Source: an uncultured delta proteobacterium (GTDB lineage: Bacteria > Desulfobacterota > Desulfobacteria > Desulfobacterales > JAHEIW01). From it: a DNA stretch of 64,000 nt. The stretch covers positions 1 to 64,000 of the forward strand of contig CAVPNL010000011.1 of NCBI GenBank assembly GCA_963706575.1, read 5' to 3'. The notes beneath the pieces are model-generated. The model worked only from the letters and a program-made list of their open reading frames with translations, was not told where the DNA came from and did not search any database. Position numbers and translations under genes: made by a program. Shown here piece after piece: positions 9,713 to 18,106 of the stretch; within the stretch, counting starts at the first letter, position 1, and each line of letters begins with the position of its first letter.

Positions 9713-11440
9713 TTGAACAACAAAGTAAATCAAGTTGCTAAAGGTCTGATACCATTGAAAAATTCTGAACGGGTCCTGTCGGCCCTGATAAATACAATTC
9801 CCAATCCGGCCTTTTTCAGGAATCCCGATGGCGTATTTGTTGGTTGCAACAAGGCCTTTGCCGATACGATTCTGGGTACGGGCTGCGAAAATATTGTGGG
9901 CCAATCCATTTATGACCTGCCGGATATCATTCCCCAGGCCCTCAGCAATATCTGCACGGAAAACGACAAGAACCTGTTAAGTAACCCCGGATTGCAGACA
10001 TACGAAACCGCCATCACCTGTGCGGATGGTGTCAAACGTGATTTTTTGCTGAGCCACTCAACATTTACCGATGATGATGGCACCATTGCCGGCATTATCA
10101 GCGTCCTGCTGGATTTAACCGATAAAAACCGTGCTGAAAAGCTCTTGCAGGACCGCACGGCCGAACTGTTAAAGTCCAATGAGGAATTAAAGCACCAGAT
10201 AAAAAAACGTAAAAAGGCCAAGCAAACGGTCAAGGAAGCGCACCGCGAAATAGAGCATTTGATTTCATCTTTGCCGACGATATTGATCGGGTTAAGCCGG
10301 GAAAATCAAATCATTCATTGGAACGCCGTGGCCGAAAAGGTGCTCGAAAAACCGGCAGCCGACGTGATGGGGTTAACCCTGAATCAGTGCGGTCTTGAAT
10401 GGGATTGGAACAAAATCTCAGACGGAATCGCCAAAAGCCAGGCTGAAAATTGTAATGTTCGGGTAGACAATATCCATTACCGCAATGCGCATGGTGAAGA
10501 AAGATATCTGGGACTGACTATCACACCTTTTAACGGAAAAGACAGCAGTATCCTGGGTTTAACCATCATGGGCGCCGATATCACCGATCGCGTCAAATTC
10601 GAAGCGCAGCTGCATCAGTCCCAGAAAATGGAAGCTATCGGACAGCTGGCTGCCGGTATTGCTCACGAAATCAACACACCGACGCAATTTGTCGGCGACA
10701 ACACCCGATTTTTGCAGGATGCATTCGATGATTTAGTCGAAGCCTGCAACCTGCATAAAGAATCGATTAAAGCTTGTAAATCCGGGGCCTTAAACGAGGA
10801 ACGCATTAAAGATCTCGAAAAACGCTTTGCCGAACTGGACATTGCCTATCTTGAAGAAGAAGTTCCTCAAGCCATCCAGCAAACACTCAAGGGGATTGAT
10901 CGGATCACCCATATCGTGCAGGCCATGAAAATATTTGCCCATCCGGGCGGGGGCGAAAAAGAACCCATTAATATCAATAAAGAAATTGAAAAGACCATCA
11001 TCATAACCCGCAATGAATGGAAATATGTGGCCGAGTTGATAACCGACTTTGATGCCACTTTGCCGACCGTGCCCTGCCACCGGGCCGAATTCAACCAGGT
11101 GATTTTGAATTTGATCGTCAATGCTGCGCACGCCATTGCTGACGCAAATGGTGATCATTCATCTGAACGGGGCAAGATTAAGATCAGCAGCACGCTTGCC
11201 GGTAATTGGGCCGAAGTCCGGATCAGCGACACCGGGCACGGCATCCCGGAAGAAATCCGGCATCGCATATTCGACCTGTTTTTCACCACCAAGGAACCGG
11301 GTCGCGGAACAGGGCAGGGGCTGGCGATCGCTCATTCCGTGATCGTTGATAAACATAGCGGAAAAATCGACATTGAAACCGGGGAAGATCGGGGTACCAC
11401 CTTTGTTATCCGGCTGCCGGTAGACCCAAATTATAAATAA
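9713..11440 (+). CDS. PAS-PAS sensor histidine kinase
   Basis: Two PAS regions; [21 protein letters not shown]-box; [30 protein letters not shown]. Confidence 0.92.
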   Translation: MNNKVNQVAKGLIPLKNSERVLSALINTIPNPAFFRNPDGVFVGCNKAFADTILGTGCENIVGQSIYDLPDIIPQALSNICTENDKNLLSNPGLQTYETAITCADGVKRDFLLSHSTFTDDDGTIAGIISVLLDLTDKNRAEKLLQDRTAELLKSNEELKHQIKKRKKAKQTVKEAHREIEHLISSLPTILIGLSRENQIIHWNAVAEKVLEKPAADVMGLTLNQCGLEWDWNKISDGIAKSQAENCNVRVDNIHYRNAHGEERYLGLTITPFNGKDSSILGLTIMGADITDRVKFEAQLHQSQKMEAIGQLAAGIAHEINTPTQFVGDNTRFLQDAFDDLVEACNLHKESIKACKSGALNEERIKDLEKRFAELDIAYLEEEVPQAIQQTLKGIDRITHIVQAMKIFAHPGGGEKEPININKEIEKTIIITRNEWKYVAELITDFDATLPTVPCHRAEFNQVILNLIVNAAHAIADANGDHSSERGKIKISSTLAGNWAEVRISDTGHGIPEEIRHRIFDLFFTTKEPGRGTGQGLAIAHSVIVDKHSGKIDIETGEDRGTTFVIRLPVDPNYK

Positions 11441-12670
11441 ATGAATGATCAAACCAAAAGACGCATAATATTTGTAGATGATGAGCCCATGGTGTTGAAA
11501 GGCCTCCAGCGCACCCTTAGAAAAATGCGTGCTGAATGGGAGATGACCTTTATTGCCAGCAGCAAGGAGGCGCTGGATATCCTAAATTCCGGGTCATTTG
11601 ATGTCATCGTTTCTGATTTGAGAATGCCGGAGATGGACGGGATGCAATTATTGGCTGAAGTCAAAAACAAACACCCTCAAATGGTACGGATTATTCTTTC
11701 CGGACAGGTGGAACAGGAGATGACCTTTAAGTCCGTACAGGTGGCGCATCAAAGCCTTTCAAAGCCATGTGATGCCGATATATTAAAGCATACCTTAAAC
11801 AAACTGTTTGGCTTACGGAATCTGCTGGAAGCTGAATCAATCAAGCGCATCGTTTCGCAAACCGAGACGCTTCCCAGCTTACCGGCAGTCTATACAGAGG
11901 TTATCGGCGAACTCCAATCGCAGGATCCGTCGGTAAAAAAAATCGCCGAAATAATATCCACCGACCTGGCGATGACGGCCAAAATTTTACAGGTGGTGAA
12001 TTCTGCCTTCTTTGGACTCGTACGAAAAATCAACAATCCCAAAGAAGCGGTTATGCTGCTGGGAACTGAAACCATCAAAGCCCTGGTTCTTTCGGTAAAA
12101 ATATTTTCTGAATTTAATCAGAAAAAGCTTGCCTGGTTTAATTTTGACCAACTTTTTAATCACAGTATGTCGGTCAGTATGTTCGCTCAAACCATTTCCA
12201 AGCAGGAACATCTGGATGCGGCTCTGGTGAATAATGCCCTGATGGCCGGCATGTTTCATGATTTGGGAAAGCTTATTTTGGTCACCAACTTTCAAGAGCC
12301 CTATCAAAAGGTTCTGACTGAAGCCGGGAAAACCAGGCAGAATCTGTGGGATCTGGAATATGAAATGTTTGGCACCAGCCACGCCGAAATCGGCGCCTAT
12401 TTGATGGGGTTGTGGGGGCTGGAATATCCGGTTATTGAAGCTATCGCTTTTCATCACAGCCCCGCTAAAAGTCTGTCCAATTCAACAGGGCTTCTAACCG
12501 CCGTTCATTTTGGAGATGCCTTTGATCGGTTAAAAAACGACGCAAATGATCTGAACAGCGAAAATGGATTGAGGCAGCTGGATCGGGGATATCTGGATAC
12601 CCTTGGCGTAGCCGGACGAATAAATGATTGGCAAACGGTTTGTAATGAACTGACAGAGAGGAATGTTTAA
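11441..12670 (+). CDS. Response regulator with HDOD domain
   Basis: Receiver (FVDDE, SDLRMP), then LPSLP..AKILQVVNSAFFG..AGMFHDLGKL..HAEIGAYL..W..AIAFHH. Confidence 0.92.
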   Translation: MNDQTKRRIIFVDDEPMVLKGLQRTLRKMRAEWEMTFIASSKEALDILNSGSFDVIVSDLRMPEMDGMQLLAEVKNKHPQMVRIILSGQVEQEMTFKSVQVAHQSLSKPCDADILKHTLNKLFGLRNLLEAESIKRIVSQTETLPSLPAVYTEVIGELQSQDPSVKKIAEIISTDLAMTAKILQVVNSAFFGLVRKINNPKEAVMLLGTETIKALVLSVKIFSEFNQKKLAWFNFDQLFNHSMSVSMFAQTISKQEHLDAALVNNALMAGMFHDLGKLILVTNFQEPYQKVLTEAGKTRQNLWDLEYEMFGTSHAEIGAYLMGLWGLEYPVIEAIAFHHSPAKSLSNSTGLLTAVHFGDAFDRLKNDANDLNSENGLRQLDRGYLDTLGVAGRINDWQTVCNELTERNV

Positions 12671-13812
12671 TGAAAGACAAAGTTTTACTGGTAGACGATG
12701 ATGCCATGGTTTTAGCCGGCCTGAAGCGGCAATTAAGGAATCAATTCAGCGTTGATACGGCGCTCAGTGGTGAGGATGCCTTGAAGCAGGTGTCAGAGAA
12801 TGGGCCCTATGCGGTGATTGTATCTGATTTTATGATGCCGGGAATGAATGGAATTGAATTTCTGTCCCGTGTCAAAAAGTCCAATCCCGATACCGTCCGG
12901 ATGATGCTTACCGGCACCGCTGATATGCCGACGGCCATTAGAGCCGTTAACGAAGGCAGCATCTTTCAGTTTCACCCCAAGCCATGTCCGGCCGATACGC
13001 TGTGCCAGGCCATTCAAAGTGCCATCGGTGAGTATCGCAAGGTCACTTCCGACCAAAGGCAATTAAATGATTTTAAATTTTCAATGGCCCAGGCCAGCAA
13101 GGTTCAGCAAAAACTGATGCCGAAATCCGATCCCCAGGTCGATGGGTTCGATATTGCCGGCAAAAGTATCTGGTGCGATGAAACCGGGGGCGATTATTAT
13201 GACTTTTTATATCCCGCTGTAAACGGCAAAAAAAGAATCGGAATTGTCGTCGGTGATGTAACCGACCACGGCATTCCATCCGCTCTGCTAATGACCACGG
13301 CGCGTGCCTTTCTCAGAGAAAGGGTTCAGACCCCCCCCAGTGAGTGTGCCGCTATCATTTCCGATGTAAACAAGCGGCTCGTGCGGGATGTCGAAGAGCT
13401 TAACCTGTTCATGACGATGTTTTACAGTGAAATTGCCATTAAAGAAAAAATGATTCGCTGGGTGAAGGCCGGGCATGAGCCGGCGATTCTGTATACCCCG
13501 GAGACGGATTCATACGAATTGCTTGCGGGTGAAGGATTACCGCTGGGTGTCATGGAAGATGCGGTTTATAAAGAATCCCAAAAACAGATCAACTCCGGTC
13601 AAATCATTTTGATCGGAACCGACGGCATCAAAGAAGCGGTTGACACCCACGGAGAAATGTTCGGCAACGAGCGGCTGCTGGATGTCATCCGGGATTATGC
13701 GGATCAACCCGCCCGAGAAATCCTGGACAAGGTATTTGAATCTTTGAATGATTTTCGCCACCCCCTTGAACCGGATGATGACGAGACCCTGGTGGTCATT
13801 AAAGTTCTTTAA
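12670..13812 (+). CDS. Response regulator with PP2C/SpoIIE (RsbU-like) phosphatase domain
   Basis: Receiver plus GGDYYDF, VGDVTDHG, AGH, GTDGIKE, DDETLVV. Confidence 0.92.
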   Translation: MKDKVLLVDDDAMVLAGLKRQLRNQFSVDTALSGEDALKQVSENGPYAVIVSDFMMPGMNGIEFLSRVKKSNPDTVRMMLTGTADMPTAIRAVNEGSIFQFHPKPCPADTLCQAIQSAIGEYRKVTSDQRQLNDFKFSMAQASKVQQKLMPKSDPQVDGFDIAGKSIWCDETGGDYYDFLYPAVNGKKRIGIVVGDVTDHGIPSALLMTTARAFLRERVQTPPSECAAIISDVNKRLVRDVEELNLFMTMFYSEIAIKEKMIRWVKAGHEPAILYTPETDSYELLAGEGLPLGVMEDAVYKESQKQINSGQIILIGTDGIKEAVDTHGEMFGNERLLDVIRDYADQPAREILDKVFESLNDFRHPLEPDDDETLVVIKVL

Positions 13813-13845
13813 AATTGGTGGATGACTCCTTTCCAGCATCATCGA

Positions 13846-14196
13846 TTATTCCCGGGGCTTTCCGGCGGTGTCTCCGACGATAAAAGGTGAGCAGCGCATC
13901 CCGATGCTCATTTTCTGAATCCAGACTCTCACCATGGTGACGGTTTCCCCATCCACGTTGACAATGTTTGGCAGTTCCTCCACATAAGCAATATCACCTT
14001 TATAAAACTCGTAAAAAAAGTTATGGGTACTGTAAGGATCGGCGACCAATATGATTTTTTCCCGGTCGTAGGGATGCCGTTGCGGTGATCCGGAAAAGGC
14101 AACATGGGTCGATCGCAGCGCCTTGCGATCTTTGGGCTGCCGGTAGGTTTGGATTTCAAATTTCACGGCTTCCTGTGGTTGTTTGGTGATCGGCAT
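13846..14196 (-). CDS. Conserved hypothetical protein
   Basis: ORF with GGGAG RBS before ATG at 14196 (MPITKQPQ...); function not recognised. Confidence 0.65.
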   Translation of the reverse strand: MPITKQPQEAVKFEIQTYRQPKDRKALRSTHVAFSGSPQRHPYDREKIILVADPYSTHNFFYEFYKGDIAYVEELPNIVNVDGETVTMVRVWIQKMSIGMRCSPFIVGDTAGKPRE

Positions 14197-14313
14197 GATA
14201 AATCTCCCTCTACCTGGAATACTGAAATGTTGCAATAATGGGTGGTTTTTTTCTGATCTCATAAATCATTATGAAAATTGATTCAAGAATGAAATGGGTT
14301 GTCTGGAGAATCT

Positions 14314-14643
14314 ATGGAAACATTAAAGGGTTATCAGAAAAAGTTCCTAAAAGGGCTTGCCCACGGATTAAAACCGGTGGTTTTTATCGGCCAAAAGGGT
14401 TTAAGCGGCGGTCTGATCGGCTCGATTCACGATGCGCTCGATACCCATGAGCTGATCAAAGTAAAATTTATTGAATTTAAGGAAAAGCAGCAGAAAACCG
14501 GCATGACCGAGACCATTGAGGCTGAAACGGATTGCCGGTTGGTGGGCCTCATCGGGCACACGGCCATTTTTTATCGGCGGCACGCTGATCCGGAAAAACG
14601 CAAGATACAGCTGCCGCACCGTAAAACACAAAATAATAAATGA
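14314..14643 (+). CDS. yhbY: YhbY/CRM RNA-binding protein
   Basis: QKKFLKGLAHGLKPVVFIGQKG..ALDTHELIKVK..LIGHTAIFYR; GGAG RBS before 14314. Confidence 0.88.
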   Translation: METLKGYQKKFLKGLAHGLKPVVFIGQKGLSGGLIGSIHDALDTHELIKVKFIEFKEKQQKTGMTETIEAETDCRLVGLIGHTAIFYRRHADPEKRKIQLPHRKTQNNK

Positions 14644-14645
14644 GC

Positions 14646-14802
14646 ATCCCTTCGGGATTTAAAGAGCGGCTCTGCAAGCCTTTAAGAGCGGTCCTTCGGA
14701 CCTTTAAGTTCTAAATACAAACAATCCCTTTCCGGCCTTTCTCATCGAGCGAAGCGCTCTTAAAACGCAGCGCAGGGACTGCGCGGAGTGCTCTTCAAGT
14801 CT
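14646..14802. repeat. Intergenic palindromic element of TTTAAGAGC units separated by mini-hairpins
   Basis: Left arm (hairpin-TTTAAGAGC)n, right arm GCTCTTAAA/GCTCTTCAA; between convergent genes. Confidence 0.6.
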
Positions 14803-14838
14803 TGCTTGATGCAAGACGCTCCATATTGTTATTGGGTA

Positions 14839-15987
14839 TCAGTTCTCCTGAGACGGATTGAAATCGTTTTCAGCCGGGCTGGGATAAATGACGATTCGAT
14901 CCCCCGGATGAATCGGCTTTTTTCCGTCCAGCCGGTTCCAGATCATCAGCGCCGGCAGCGGCACATTGAAGCGCTCGGCAATGATCGTCAGGTTATCGCC
15001 TTCTTTGACCACATAGACCCGTTCCTGGTTTTCAGCCACCCACTTTTGAACCAGTTCTTTGAACCGGGCATAATAACCGTCGCCCGCTCCTTTGGGAATT
15101 AACAGCGAATGCGTCCCGGCTGCCAGGAAGTGACCCCGGATTTCCGGATTCAAGTCTTTGATAGTCTTAAAATGAGTGTTGGCTGCCTGGGCGACAATAT
15201 GGATCGGCGTATCCTGAAAACACTCAACCTGAACTCGGTCAAAGCTTAACGGTGGATAAAGGTCCTGGTCTGTAAATTGAAAACCGAATCGCTGCGGGTC
15301 CGATAAAATTATCTTGGCCGAGATAATCCGGAAGATATACCGCTGGGTCTCCAGCGGCAGGTAAAGCTGGTAATAATCATTGGTTTTCTGGGACACGATT
15401 TCGGTTTGCAGGCCCAGTTCTCCCATATTAAAGGCTGCGGCGGCAAGGGTCCAGGAGCCCAGCATTTGATAAAGCTCCTTAAAATAGTTAATGGCAGCAA
15501 GGGTGGATGCAAATATATTGCGCCGCTCGTCGATTTCAGCATTAATTCTCAGCCCGTATTTTTGGCCGGTTGATCCTAAAAATTGCCAGAAACCAATGGC
15601 CCCTTTCGAAGACCCCACATGCGGCCTCAATGCGCTCTCGGCAATTGCGACGTATTTAAGGTCGTCGGGCATCTCGTTTTCACTCAGCATTTTTTCAATA
15701 ATGGGCAAATAGCGGGTGGTGCGTTTTATCCAGAGAACCACCTGGGGCCGATCCCAGATGGTGAGCAGCAATTCCTTTTCCAGGCGCTCACGCACTTCCT
15801 GGCTGTCCAGAGGAACGGCTTCACCGCAAAAGTCGAGCGGCTCTGTGATGTTTACGCCGGCCATCAGAGAGGGCCAGTCGGAAGAGGGTGGCATTCCCAG
15901 CTCCTGCCCGCCGGCGATGCCCGTACCCATCATTATGATCAAAAGTGATGTTAAAAAGATGCGTTTCATATTTACCTTAAAATGCAT
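14839..15987 (-). CDS. MltD-like lytic transglycosylase with LysM domain
   Basis: DLKYVAIAES, GAIGFWQF, AAFNMGE, ETQRY; C-terminal YVVKEGDNLTIIAERFNV LysM. Confidence 0.9.
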   Translation of the reverse strand: MHFKVNMKRIFLTSLLIIMMGTGIAGGQELGMPPSSDWPSLMAGVNITEPLDFCGEAVPLDSQEVRERLEKELLLTIWDRPQVVLWIKRTTRYLPIIEKMLSENEMPDDLKYVAIAESALRPHVGSSKGAIGFWQFLGSTGQKYGLRINAEIDERRNIFASTLAAINYFKELYQMLGSWTLAAAAFNMGELGLQTEIVSQKTNDYYQLYLPLETQRYIFRIISAKIILSDPQRFGFQFTDQDLYPPLSFDRVQVECFQDTPIHIVAQAANTHFKTIKDLNPEIRGHFLAAGTHSLLIPKGAGDGYYARFKELVQKWVAENQERVYVVKEGDNLTIIAERFNVPLPALMIWNRLDGKKPIHPGDRIVIYPSPAENDFNPSQEN

Positions 15988-16267
15988 TTGCGGTGCGGAT
16001 CGAGGAATATAACGTCAATACTCCCACAATGACAAAAAATGCCCCGGCACCCATTTTGATATAATTAGCGGGGATCACACGGCTGATTCCGGCTCCGAAG
16101 ACAACGGCGATCAGCGAACTTAGCACCAGTGCTCCGGCGGAGCCCAGGAATACCGAAAGCCGGGAGTTGCAATCGGCCGAGAAGCAAAACGTTGCCAGTT
16201 GAGTCTTGTCGCCGAGTTCAGCCAGAAAAATTAAACCAAATGTGGTCAGCAGTATTTTGAAATCCAT
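15977..16267 (-). CDS. TMEM165/GDT1 (UPF0016) family membrane protein
   Basis: FLAELGDKTQLA motif; ATG at 16267 with GAGG RBS. Confidence 0.9.
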   Translation of the reverse strand: MDFKILLTTFGLIFLAELGDKTQLATFCFSADCNSRLSVFLGSAGALVLSSLIAVVFGAGISRVIPANYIKMGAGAFFVIVGVLTLYSSIRTANAF

Positions 16268-16297
16268 AGCGTTCCTCACGTACGATAAAAAGATAAT

Positions 16298-16440
16298 AGT
16301 TGGATTAGTTTTATTTGTTTCATCGGTTGAATTGGTTGTCTTAAACCGAACCAATTGAACGAATTAAACCAATCAAACCAATTAAACAGGTGTAATACCT
16401 GACACCTGAATCCGCCTAAGGCGGAACACCTGAAACCAGT
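16298..16440. repeat. Family A (9-mer TTGGTT/AACCAA arms) palindromic element with CTGACAC tail
   Basis: Closely similar to 24553-24662; tail interrupted by the palindrome TCCGCCTAAGGCGGA. Confidence 0.8.
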
Positions 16441-16445
16441 TTCCT

Positions 16446-17315
16446 TCATAATGCCCTTAAATATTCCGGTTTCAGCGGGACCTTGCCTTCCAGGGCATCG
16501 TCAAGCAGTTGCAGGGTGGCTTCTTTCTCTTTTGGGAATCTGGCCCTGATCGGCAGGTAGTTTGAAGCGTGATTGGCGTGGAAAAGCCCGCTGGTCAGGT
16601 TTGTGCCGGCAATCATGGTCCTTAATTCAGACAGCATTTCCTGTGGTTCAATCAATTGAAAAGCGCCGGATTCATATTCATCAAACAAAGGCGTTTCGGG
16701 TATGAGCATCAGGCTTAGTGCGCCGACATAGTTGGGATCGATAGCGGTTAGCACGCGTCCGGTCTCTTGTGCATGAATCTGGGAGCGCTCCCGGCCGGCA
16801 ATGCCCAAAAGAACCGTGATCGAAAGTTTGAAGCCGGCCTGCTTTGCTTTTCTGCCCATTTCAATCATATACGCGGCGCTGGCGCCTTTGTTTATTTTTT
16901 TTAAGGTAACGTCGTCGCCGGTTTCCAGTCCCATGTAAGCAATACCGATTCCGTGGGCCTTAAGTTCCTTGAGCTCATCAAGGGTTTTCATATTTAAGGC
17001 TTTGGCATTAGCATACAGCCCCACCCGGGTTACCCAGGGCAGTTGCTTTTCAATTTCTTTGAGTATTCTTAATAGCCGTTTCTGGGGAATAATCAGGGCA
17101 TCGCCGTCACACAAGAAGACCCGGCGCTGTCTGCGGCAATAATTGGCCGCAAAAGCGATATCTTCCATAATGACGGAATCGGATTTGATTCGGAAGCGCT
17201 CACCCTTGTAAGTCCCGCAGAAGGTGCATTTATTACGGGAGCAACCCACGGTTACCTGCAGCAATATACTGTTGGCTTCGCTGGGAGGCCTTATGATGTT
17301 TCCCTCATAGTGCAT
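16446..17315 (-). CDS. Radical SAM protein
   Basis: RPPSEANSILLQVTVGCSRNKCTFCGTY (CxxxxCxxC variant), NHASNYL; start MHYEG at 17315. Confidence 0.85.
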   Translation of the reverse strand: MHYEGNIIRPPSEANSILLQVTVGCSRNKCTFCGTYKGERFRIKSDSVIMEDIAFAANYCRRQRRVFLCDGDALIIPQKRLLRILKEIEKQLPWVTRVGLYANAKALNMKTLDELKELKAHGIGIAYMGLETGDDVTLKKINKGASAAYMIEMGRKAKQAGFKLSITVLLGIAGRERSQIHAQETGRVLTAIDPNYVGALSLMLIPETPLFDEYESGAFQLIEPQEMLSELRTMIAGTNLTSGLFHANHASNYLPIRARFPKEKEATLQLLDDALEGKVPLKPEYLRAL

Positions 17316-17416
17316 ATTTTTTACATCCGTTGCGATATTCAAACGGACTGATTTTTTGGATCAGCCCGTTAAGTGTGTTTTTTAACCATTTCGTTTCCTT
17401 AAGGCAACCGTTTTCT

Positions 17417-17713
17417 TCAGGCAGCGCCCGGCGGTGGTTCCTCTGCATCAGGACCTTCACATTCCTTTGAAGTCATATCATCCTTCAGATAGTCATACAT
17501 GCTTCCGCTGTAAGAACACTTGATGGCCGTTTTGATTTTTTTTATCAGGTACTCGCTGAGCGCTGCTTCACCGTCAATTCTTAAGCGAAAAGCAATAAGT
17601 CGCTGTAATTTTTTATCCTGCTTATCACGATCCGGCACCATCCGCATCACTCGCTGAAGCGTTTTTTGAAACGGGCCGTCCTGCTGCTCGATTGAAATGA
17701 TATTATCTGCCAT
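17417..17713 (-). CDS. Hypothetical protein
   Basis: AAGGAG RBS before ATG at 17713 (MADNIISIEQ...). Confidence 0.6.
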   Translation of the reverse strand: MADNIISIEQQDGPFQKTLQRVMRMVPDRDKQDKKLQRLIAFRLRIDGEAALSEYLIKKIKTAIKCSYSGSMYDYLKDDMTSKECEGPDAEEPPPGAA

Positions 17714-17742
17714 AATTTTTTCTCCTTCGGAAAAAATTATTT

Positions 17743-17967
17743 TTACTGATTGCCGAAGCCATTTTGCCCACCGCAATCCGGGCACGTCCAGGTGATCGCA
17801 TTGCAGGACATTCCCCACATGTTTTCAAGCATGCAATTCTGACAAATACTGAACCCGCAGCGGCACGTCCAGCAAAAAGGAAACGTCATTTTACAACAGA
17901 CGCAGTCATAGTTTTTGAGGCGACGTCGTTTTTTGCGGTATGCGGTTCCGGTGGCCGGTGCTTTCAT
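17743..17967 (-). CDS. Small Cys-rich putative metal-binding protein
   Basis: CVCC..CWTCRC..CQNC..C..CPDCG in 74 aa. Confidence 0.65.
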   Translation of the reverse strand: MKAPATGTAYRKKRRRLKNYDCVCCKMTFPFCWTCRCGFSICQNCMLENMWGMSCNAITWTCPDCGGQNGFGNQ

Positions 17968-18106
17968 GATTGTTGTTTTAAATCTTTAATGCTATAGGGT
18001 TTTTGATTCAAGCATGCAAACTTTTTGTATGCCTGCAATTAGTGGCAGCTAAAAACTAATTCAATCAGGCACATATGTCAACGCAGCCGGCTTCACGCCC
18101 TATTCG

